A stretch of 64,000 nt of DNA. Source: a virus. Each line of letters starts with the position of its first letter. The stretch's first letter is position 1. A model generated the notes under the pieces. That model searched no databases. It saw nothing but the letters and a program-made list of their open reading frames with translations, and was not told the DNA's origin. The stretch lies in the IMG/VR virus record IMGVR_UViG_3300032242_001844. One strand, 5' to 3'. The position numbers were made by a program, and so were the translations under genes. Of this stretch, positions 57,351-64,000 are shown one piece after another.

Positions 57351-57592
57351 GCTTCACCAATAATTGCTTCTGCATCACTTAGTGGCAGATAATAACCAAG
57401 CATAACCTTTATAGCTTCAAAGTACTGCTTGTTATTTTCAAGGTCTTCTTGTTCAAAAGGTTTCAATTCTCCCTTTTCAACTGCACGATTAGTCAAGTCA
57501 TAGATATCGTTACGAATACGGCGATAATCTTCAACAAGAATATCACGGAACATACTTTCTGCGGTTTCAGTACTAATTTCAATTTTGTACAT
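57347..57592 (-). CDS. Hypothetical protein
   Basis: Start set at MYKIEI. Confidence 0.55.
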   Translation of the reverse strand: MYKIEISTETAESMFRDILVEDYRRIRNDIYDLTNRAVEKGELKPFEQEDLENNKQYFEAIKVMLGYYLPLSDAEAIIGEA

Positions 57593-58073
57593 CGTCTTCG
57601 CCTTCTTCTTCTTCGGTTGGAGTATAAACATATGGAACATATTCGCCTAAATTTTCTATGTCTAGCGGACCACTGAACACCAATATACTGTCATGTTGAT
57701 CCCAGCCTAAAACATCAACTAGTGCACCGTATGCACTGCCATCCTCTTCTACGGCTTCGTCAATGGCAGCAATAGCCTCATCATCAAGGTCACCATAATC
57801 CCAATCATCCCAACAGCCATCGTCCATTTCACGGTCATTGATATCATAACCAAGACCATCAATTTCAACTTCTTCGTTATTTTCTGCATCAAGTTCAGCA
57901 GCTAAATCAACGCCTTGCGGAACAAGTAGCGTCACATACCCCCAACGCCAACCTGTGCTATAAGAAATAGTTTTGCCATCTTTTACAAAGTATTCAATTT
58001 CTGTAACACTTTTTTTATGGCGAGTTGATACTTTGTGTTCAATTAACTTTGGGGTTGCTTCATCGTCAGTCAT
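57579..58073 (-). CDS. Highly acidic hypothetical protein
   Basis: D/E-rich; GWRWG and DGCW motifs. Confidence 0.65.
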   Translation of the reverse strand: MTDDEATPKLIEHKVSTRHKKSVTEIEYFVKDGKTISYSTGWRWGYVTLLVPQGVDLAAELDAENNEEVEIDGLGYDINDREMDDGCWDDWDYGDLDDEAIAAIDEAVEEDGSAYGALVDVLGWDQHDSILVFSGPLDIENLGEYVPYVYTPTEEEEGEDDVQN

Positions 58074-58296
58074 TTTGTTTTGCTCTTTCTAAGTAAGTTT
58101 GCATTCTACGGTCAATATATTCGTCAAGATGTTCTTTAAAAGTTTCTTTAACTTGTGGCAAAATATTATGGCGAATATTATCTGCACTTCGCCACTCGCC
58201 CTCGTCATTGTGGTGCCATTCATCATCTAGAGTATCAATAAGTTTCTCTAGCGAGTTAATAAAATCTTCAATAATTTCACTGCTTTTTCTGACCAT
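58066..58296 (-). CDS. Hypothetical protein
   Basis: ATG directly after upstream stop. Confidence 0.55.
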   Translation of the reverse strand: MVRKSSEIIEDFINSLEKLIDTLDDEWHHNDEGEWRSADNIRHNILPQVKETFKEHLDEYIDRRMQTYLERAKQND

Positions 58297-58297
58297 T

Positions 58298-58915
58298 TTA
58301 TTCAGATTCTTCTTCGCTGTCGTTATCTTCGGCATCGTCCATGCCAAATTCGTCTTCTTCTTCTGCCATGTCTTCTAGGAACATAGAAATACTCCAGTGG
58401 TCATCGATGTCTAGCGGAATGTTTTCTCGCACCCAATCAGCATCTTTGTCGCTGTATTCGTAAAAATCATCATCGTCTTCTGATGTATACTTGCCACAGA
58501 ACGCCATACCTTCTTCATTATAATATGCTTCAACTTCAAAATCAAATTCATCGGTCATTGTGCGATACCATTCGATTGGTGGTGCCCACGCTGTGTCGAA
58601 TGATAGAGAAATTTCAGTAGCGCCATCAGTCAAGTCAGCGTCTTGATCCTCGGTATTGGCATCCCACTTGGTTCCCCAATTGTTAATATTCCATTGGTAC
58701 CAATCTTTGTAACCAAATTTTTCTTCGTTTTCTTTTTCACGAGCCGCATTACGCTCAACATAATTCTCGCCAACAGGCTCTCCTTCAAGCAATTCTGGCG
58801 GAGTTGGAGCAAACTCGCTAAACAATTTTCCTTCATTAAACCCCTTTGCAACTCGTGCAACCATTGCAGGGTCTTTATGCGTAAACTTTGCACTGTTATA
58901 GCACCAATTAGGCAT
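58298..58915 (-). CDS. YubB/DUF1281 ferredoxin-like domain protein
   Basis: MPNWCYN, WYQWNINNWGTKWD, FDTAWAPP. Confidence 0.75.
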   Translation of the reverse strand: MPNWCYNSAKFTHKDPAMVARVAKGFNEGKLFSEFAPTPPELLEGEPVGENYVERNAAREKENEEKFGYKDWYQWNINNWGTKWDANTEDQDADLTDGATEISLSFDTAWAPPIEWYRTMTDEFDFEVEAYYNEEGMAFCGKYTSEDDDDFYEYSDKDADWVRENIPLDIDDHWSISMFLEDMAEEEDEFGMDDAEDNDSEEESE

Positions 58916-59045
58916 GGAATTTCTCTTTCTTTTTTGCTAACTTTTCTCGAACTTCAATTAGAATTTGAACAAATGGCCGAAATTCGGACAGATGTCCGTG
59001 ACTTTTTAACAATTCATCTATCTGTTCTATTAGACTATCTTTCAT
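58908..59045 (-). CDS. 45-aa hypothetical protein (not in ORF track)
   Basis: MKDSLIEQIDELLK...; TTGACA-16-TATTAT promoter upstream. Confidence 0.45.
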   Translation of the reverse strand: MKDSLIEQIDELLKSHGHLSEFRPFVQILIEVREKLAKKKEKFHA

Positions 59046-59102
59046 ATTAATAATAATACTATATTTTTAAAAAATGTCAAATACTTTTTTGTAAATATTG
59101 TC

Positions 59103-59831
59103 ATGCATATATTAATAAGCGGTGACAGATATGGTCTTGGTGAATGGGCAAATTCTAAAATTGACTCTGTTACAAAAAAAATAGTAAAAGAAAAAAACAT
59201 TTCTCATCGTGGATTAGAAGCGTACTTTCGTAACATTGGGTGCAGCGTAAACAATATATCATCATACTATGCAACAAATTTGGATAGTTATAATGCTATC
59301 AGAGCAGCTTTTCCAATACCTTTTGAGCGTGATCCAGATACGGGAGAAATTAGATATACCCAATGGCTTTATTTCAATGGAAGAAAAGTTCAAAGACATT
59401 TATTAGATGGTGGAACAAAACCAATATATTTTAAATATACTGATAAAGAAGAATTTATGAAAGACTGGCTCAATGAAGAGTTAGATGATCTTTTTTGGTG
59501 GAATAAATCAGTTCCTAGAATTGATACTATTGATTGGGATGCAGAACCTAGAATGACTATTTGGTTTCAATCAGAAACCAATGAACCACTAGATGAAATA
59601 TATAGCAAATTAAACAGCATTTATATGCCTATTCATTGTATAGGCGGTGGTGGTAAATTAGATTTAAATCTTATGAAAAATTACAAATATCTTATTCCAG
59701 TAGTTGAATCATTACACGATTTTTTATCAGATGACATAGTAAATAATTTTACAAAAAACAGTGAACCAAACAGGATTGGTTTTCGTAAACTATTTGATTA
59801 TATAGTTACTAACTTCATGCCTAAAAGTTAA
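59103..59831 (+). CDS. Hypothetical protein (degenerate SGNH-like)
   Basis: ILISGD.YG.GEW N-terminus. Confidence 0.45.
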   Translation: MHILISGDRYGLGEWANSKIDSVTKKIVKEKNISHRGLEAYFRNIGCSVNNISSYYATNLDSYNAIRAAFPIPFERDPDTGEIRYTQWLYFNGRKVQRHLLDGGTKPIYFKYTDKEEFMKDWLNEELDDLFWWNKSVPRIDTIDWDAEPRMTIWFQSETNEPLDEIYSKLNSIYMPIHCIGGGGKLDLNLMKNYKYLIPVVESLHDFLSDDIVNNFTKNSEPNRIGFRKLFDYIVTNFMPKS

Positions 59832-60954
59832 TAATATTACAATTTGGTATTGATAAATTTTTACGCCAAGGATCAATTATGATACTATTAGGAATAAAGT
59901 TATAATCCTTTAACCAATCATGATGATAACTTACAAGATATACAACTGGTTTGCTGCCGCTATATTTGATGTTATTGAGCGGATCATGATAGCTAACTCC
60001 ATCTATATAATGTCCAACAAGCAACGCATAACTTCCATCATTCTGCGCAATGTTTTCCTTAAATCCGCACCCTAATATAACAACTGGCAATCCATAACTA
60101 GATAGCTTATCAGCTAGGTTTTTAGCTTGAATTTCACGGATTTGGCTTAGATTGCCAAACAAATCATAGCCAAGATTAATACTTTGACTAAACCAATTCA
60201 TTGCAATAATATCACGAGGATGGCAAGGGCCACCAACACCCATGCCAGCAGTCATATAGGCTGGTGCGCTTATCTTACGAGTGCAATTAGCTAGACCATC
60301 CGTTACAATATCACTATTCCCATGACCAAGTTTTTGAACCATGTCATGAATTGTGTTAGCAAGTGTGATTTTATAAGTTAAAAATGTATTATAGAATATT
60401 TTTGTAAGTTCAGCATCTTCCCATTCGCCTTCAACAAGATGAACACCTTCACCATTAATACTGCGATAGAATTGCGCTAGTTTAGCACGGTTTGGATTGC
60501 TTGGCTCACCACCTACAATTACAATCTCAGGATTTTCAAAATCTTTGGCAACAGTGCCTTGCGCAATTACAGTTGGATTATATAAAATATTAGGAATGAT
60601 TGTTGCCAATTCACGGCGAGTTGTGCCTGGCATAACAGTGCAAATTACGCATACTTGTTGCACTGGTTCAAGGTATTTTGCAACTTCTGTTAAAACATTT
60701 TTTAATATAGTGTAGTCAAAATCTTTTGGTGGTAAGTGACTGGTAGGATTGCTTCCACTATACTCACTATGGTGTGATGTAGGAACCGCTACAAAAATAA
60801 ATTCACTATTTTTTATAGCATCTTTTATGGTATTGACCACTGGAAATGGTGCTACCACGGTATTAATATCATACCCTATAACCGAATAACTTTTATTAAT
60901 AACTTTGGCTGCTTCTAGTCCAAGTTTACCCAAACCAATCATTGATATTTTCAT
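59821..60954 (-). CDS. ugd: UDP-glucose/GDP-mannose 6-dehydrogenase family
   Basis: GLGKLG, FVAVPT, AELTKIFYN, GGPCHPRD. Confidence 0.85.
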   Translation of the reverse strand: MKISMIGLGKLGLEAAKVINKSYSVIGYDINTVVAPFPVVNTIKDAIKNSEFIFVAVPTSHHSEYSGSNPTSHLPPKDFDYTILKNVLTEVAKYLEPVQQVCVICTVMPGTTRRELATIIPNILYNPTVIAQGTVAKDFENPEIVIVGGEPSNPNRAKLAQFYRSINGEGVHLVEGEWEDAELTKIFYNTFLTYKITLANTIHDMVQKLGHGNSDIVTDGLANCTRKISAPAYMTAGMGVGGPCHPRDIIAMNWFSQSINLGYDLFGNLSQIREIQAKNLADKLSSYGLPVVILGCGFKENIAQNDGSYALLVGHYIDGVSYHDPLNNIKYSGSKPVVYLVSYHHDWLKDYNFIPNSIIIDPWRKNLSIPNCNIINF

Positions 60955-60962
60955 GGAAATAT

Positions 60963-61331
60963 TTATTTTACAACAATATCAGTAATTAAAACTTCTTTAA
61001 TGCCACCAAAGCGTACCTTGTTCATCAATGTTTTATTAATAATAGTACATATTTTTTCAGCAAGAATAAGACGATTCTGAACTTTAAATTCTGATTCTTG
61101 GCTTTCACTCAATGTTTCAACAACGGCATTGCGAATTACTAGGTTGTGTTTCTTTACATTGTCATATATGCGTGGCTCGTATTCACTGATTAATGTAAGA
61201 TTTATTTGAACTATTTTTGGTGAACCACTTATAGAAACTAAAAAAGGACTAGGAAATGAATAGTACGAGATATCTTCTGCGTAGGCAGCAGATGCAAACA
61301 ATAAAAATAATATTGTAAACAAAGTTCTCAT
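60963..61331 (-). CDS. fliL: FliL-like flagellar basal body-associated protein
   Basis: N-terminal hydrophobic helix; YY..P.PFLV, VQI.L.L, H..VIRNAVV..LS, I.EVLITD.VV pattern. Confidence 0.65.
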   Translation of the reverse strand: MRTLFTILFLLFASAAYAEDISYYSFPSPFLVSISGSPKIVQINLTLISEYEPRIYDNVKKHNLVIRNAVVETLSESQESEFKVQNRLILAEKICTIINKTLMNKVRFGGIKEVLITDIVVK

Positions 61332-61345
61332 AAGATTATTTACAA

Positions 61346-61573
61346 TCACTCGCCGCCCCAACGCATTGCAATAAATGCCTGATCCGCTTGATCGCCACCA
61401 CGCAGTTCCCAATATGGTTCGCCACTATTAAATCTGTGTATGCAAAGGCAATCTGGATAGTTGTCAGCCATCCACTTCTTAAACTCCCAATTTACGCTGC
61501 CATCTTTGTTATTAAACCACACACTCATATGCCAGCGAGTTGATCCTAATTCATGGACCCTCATTTTAGCCAT
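61346..61573 (-). CDS. Small hypothetical protein (FxxRW family)
   Basis: HRFNSGEPYW...FIAMRWG. Confidence 0.6.
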   Translation of the reverse strand: MAKMRVHELGSTRWHMSVWFNNKDGSVNWEFKKWMADNYPDCLCIHRFNSGEPYWELRGGDQADQAFIAMRWGGE

Positions 61574-61833
61574 TACGAAAATCTCATTATAAAAAAAGTA
61601 TAATCTTCTGGTGTATTAAAACGCACAAACCATTGGTCATCCTCACCATCTTCGTCATCGCCAGTATAACGCTGTGCTTTTGCATTAAACTCAGTCAGCA
61701 AAATAACTTCGTTAAAATCGCCTTTACTACGACAATACGCATTGAAATTTCTCCATATAGAATAGGATGTAGATTTTCTGTCTTGCCAATCTTGCGGAAT
61801 CCAAAAACCATTTTTAAAATTTAAATCAATCAT
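61573..61833 (-). CDS. Small hypothetical protein (FxxRF family)
   Basis: VRFNTPEDYTFFIMRFS. Confidence 0.6.
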   Translation of the reverse strand: MIDLNFKNGFWIPQDWQDRKSTSYSIWRNFNAYCRSKGDFNEVILLTEFNAKAQRYTGDDEDGEDDQWFVRFNTPEDYTFFIMRFS

Positions 61834-62048
61834 GCCGACCATCGTGCTACAAATAATGCCGCTATTTCATCATTAGGAAATGTAATATAATATTTGTGTC
61901 CAGTAAAAGTATCTACTTTCCAATCCCTGCCATATACATAACCTTGCTCTTCCATCCAACGAATAATATCTGGAATTGGATGAAACTGTTCAAACCCAGT
62001 TTCATAATATAACCATTTATGAACCATATCTTTTGGCACTTCAAACAT
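61830..62048 (-). CDS. Small hypothetical protein (FxxRW family)
   Basis: ITFPNDEIAALFVARWS. Confidence 0.55.
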   Translation of the reverse strand: MFEVPKDMVHKWLYYETGFEQFHPIPDIIRWMEEQGYVYGRDWKVDTFTGHKYYITFPNDEIAALFVARWSA

Positions 62049-62259
62049 TTTTAATTACCCAATTTAGGTGCTCGTTTTCATCATGCCAACGATATTCAAT
62101 TAACTTACCTGTCCAACCGCTCATGCTGTGTTCCCCATGCATGCCATATTTTAACCAAATGATATTGCCTGATAATTTGCAACGGTGTGGCATAAAGGCA
62201 AACTTGCGTTTCCATATATAAGTTACTGCAATATCGTTTTTTATAGGTTTCATACCCAC
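62041..62259 (-). CDS. Hypothetical protein
   Basis: FAFMPHRCKLSG.IIWL motif. Confidence 0.55.
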   Translation of the reverse strand: MGMKPIKNDIAVTYIWKRKFAFMPHRCKLSGNIIWLKYGMHGEHSMSGWTGKLIEYRWHDENEHLNWVIKNV

Positions 62260-62507
62260 CTCAGTGCAAAATATAAAATAATACCTTCATCAACGGTGTC
62301 ATCAAACTCGCAAAAAAGCCCAGTGGCAACTCGTTGTCCTTTGGGTGTCATTGTTGAATGTTTAAGTCTCCAATGCACACCCTCTGGCATACGGTCTAGA
62401 CCTTCAGTTATGAGTCCGCCATTGGTGACTGGACCAACATTGCGTTCCAGCCATTCTATAACTTTGGTTAAATTGTGCGTTTGATCAATTACTATTACAC
62501 GACTCAT
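62250..62507 (-). CDS. Small hypothetical protein (FxLRW family)
   Basis: WLERNVG...YFALRWV; TTGACA-16-TATAAT upstream. Confidence 0.6.
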   Translation of the reverse strand: MSRVIVIDQTHNLTKVIEWLERNVGPVTNGGLITEGLDRMPEGVHWRLKHSTMTPKGQRVATGLFCEFDDTVDEGIILYFALRWV

Positions 62508-62521
62508 ATCATTATTATAAC

Positions 62522-63901
62522 TTAAAGGTCATAACTGTCAAGTGCTATTTTTAAATTGGTAAAATTTATATGTGGAATATATTTGTTATAAATGTATTCA
62601 GAAACTTCTCTATTTTTTATAAACCTATCAATATTTTTTTGCTTATATGCAACACAATCTTCTAAACTCCACTGACAAATTTTCTCTAATTGGTCTATAA
62701 CTAATTTTATTCTAGTCATTGGGTCGGATTCATTATCATAGCTATGATCTATAATATCATCAAACAAATCAAATCCTAATTCTCTTATTGCAGATAAACT
62801 TCCTTGCATAGTATTAAATATCGGAACTTGTCCCCATATAAAAGGTTTAGTACTTTTCTCTGTAATAAACGGAACATTCCATGTTCGTGGATTAATATCA
62901 TAATCAAAACTTGTTTCGTGCACAAGATTAACAAATGCGTGAGTCAAGCGTACATCTTCGCCCCTCCATTGCAAATGGTGTGTTCCATGTGCTATCGTTC
63001 CATCGATTATCAATGGCATACGATCTTTGTGCCGTTCTGGAACCATCCGCAAATCAAAATTTTCATTGCTATCATTATACCATCCGCTTCCTAAACTTAT
63101 ATGACCAAACTTATCTAATTTACGATCTAATATTTCAACTGTTGCATAAATTCTATGTGGTCTGGCAATTCTAGCTAAACTAACATAATGATATAACGGA
63201 TCATATGTTGCTAATGTTTTTCCAAATGAGAAATCGTGTATTGCGCAGATTAAATTGTTAACATGTTTTATTCTTTTATCGTTTTGATATTGTGCACCAC
63301 TATAAATCATAATATTTTCAAGTGGTATATCATACAATTCCGATATACAATCACAAAACCCATTTAGATTATATTTGTAAGTAGGTGCTTCATATATCGC
63401 GTTGATTAAGACTATAAATTTTTTTCCAGAATTATCACATTTATTTTTAAATTCTTTTATTTTTAATAATAACCCTTGGTGATTTTCTATTAATTGACTA
63501 TGAGATTTGTTACAAATATCAATAAAATTTGTAATAAAAACAAATTTGCCGTTCATATCGATTTGATTTAGTAAACTAAGTGTGACTCTAGTACTATTAG
63601 ATTCATCATATGCATAATATTTTTCAGTTTCGTTTTCTGTATAGTCTAGTATTTTTTGATAGGTAGCATATCCTGCAGCGGCTTTGTTTGGAGCAATGCC
63701 TATCTTTGCTGGAAAGATACTATTATTATTTTCTATGTTGATTATTATTGGCTTGTTAAATTTTTCAGGATCAACTAATTCTAAAGTTTCTTTTAATGTT
63801 TTGTTTTCTTTTATTATTTGTTGTATATATTCTATGCAGTCCCAATAAAAAGGGTCTTGTGTTTTTTTTGCAATAGCATTTATTTTTTCTAAAAAATCCA
63901 T
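62522..63901 (-). CDS. Glycosyltransferase-like protein (TEKS family)
   Basis: RPHR, ITEKSTKPF, FDDIIDHSYD. Confidence 0.5.
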   Translation of the reverse strand: MDFLEKINAIAKKTQDPFYWDCIEYIQQIIKENKTLKETLELVDPEKFNKPIIINIENNNSIFPAKIGIAPNKAAAGYATYQKILDYTENETEKYYAYDESNSTRVTLSLLNQIDMNGKFVFITNFIDICNKSHSQLIENHQGLLLKIKEFKNKCDNSGKKFIVLINAIYEAPTYKYNLNGFCDCISELYDIPLENIMIYSGAQYQNDKRIKHVNNLICAIHDFSFGKTLATYDPLYHYVSLARIARPHRIYATVEILDRKLDKFGHISLGSGWYNDSNENFDLRMVPERHKDRMPLIIDGTIAHGTHHLQWRGEDVRLTHAFVNLVHETSFDYDINPRTWNVPFITEKSTKPFIWGQVPIFNTMQGSLSAIRELGFDLFDDIIDHSYDNESDPMTRIKLVIDQLEKICQWSLEDCVAYKQKNIDRFIKNREVSEYIYNKYIPHINFTNLKIALDSYDL

Positions 63902-63915
63902 GAAAGTATTTACAT

Positions 63916-63940
63916 AAAAATAAACCCCCTTTCGGGGGAT
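63916..63940 (-). terminator. Intrinsic terminator
   Basis: CCCCC-GAAA-GGGGG-TTTATTTTT on minus strand. Confidence 0.8.
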
Positions 63941-63944
63941 TATT

Positions 63945-64000
63945 TTACCATTCTTGAACTGAGAGAATATCTTGCGGTCGAAAACCCATTTGGTTTTGTT
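63945..64000 (-). CDS. 3' end of a gene truncated by the window
   Basis: ...QMGFRPQDILSVQEW* ahead of terminator. Confidence 0.4.
   Translation of the reverse strand, partial: QNQMGFRPQDILSVQEW

Overview
AT-rich segment of a large T4-like (jumbo myovirus-type) phage genome. The tRNA-His signature (G1:U72, A73, no G-1), pstS with a Pho box and an FliL homologue point to an alphaproteobacterial host (inference). 1-29 kb is a plus-strand late block of tail-fibre/baseplate-type proteins (LamG, C1q, Gly-rich, chaperone domains) with TAAATA late promoters. 29-32 kb holds NUDIX and neck/tail-completion genes. 32-36.6 kb holds a methyltransferase, sulfotransferase-like, hydroxylase, Na:solute symporter, APS kinase and nucleotidyltransferase cluster. 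37-47.4 kb is a minus-strand array of 22 tRNAs, 2 anticodon-defective tRNA mimics and several structured ncRNA-like spacers, interleaved with accessory genes. 47.4-64 kb carries pstS, a DNA-modification module and many accessory genes. The strongest novel signal is at the head of the tRNA array: a 26-codon leader ORF that samples 23 different codons, with mutually exclusive antiterminator/terminator hairpins. This looks like a ribosome-coupled attenuator that senses tRNA depletion and switches on phage tRNA transcription. All product calls are from motif recognition only; no searches were run.
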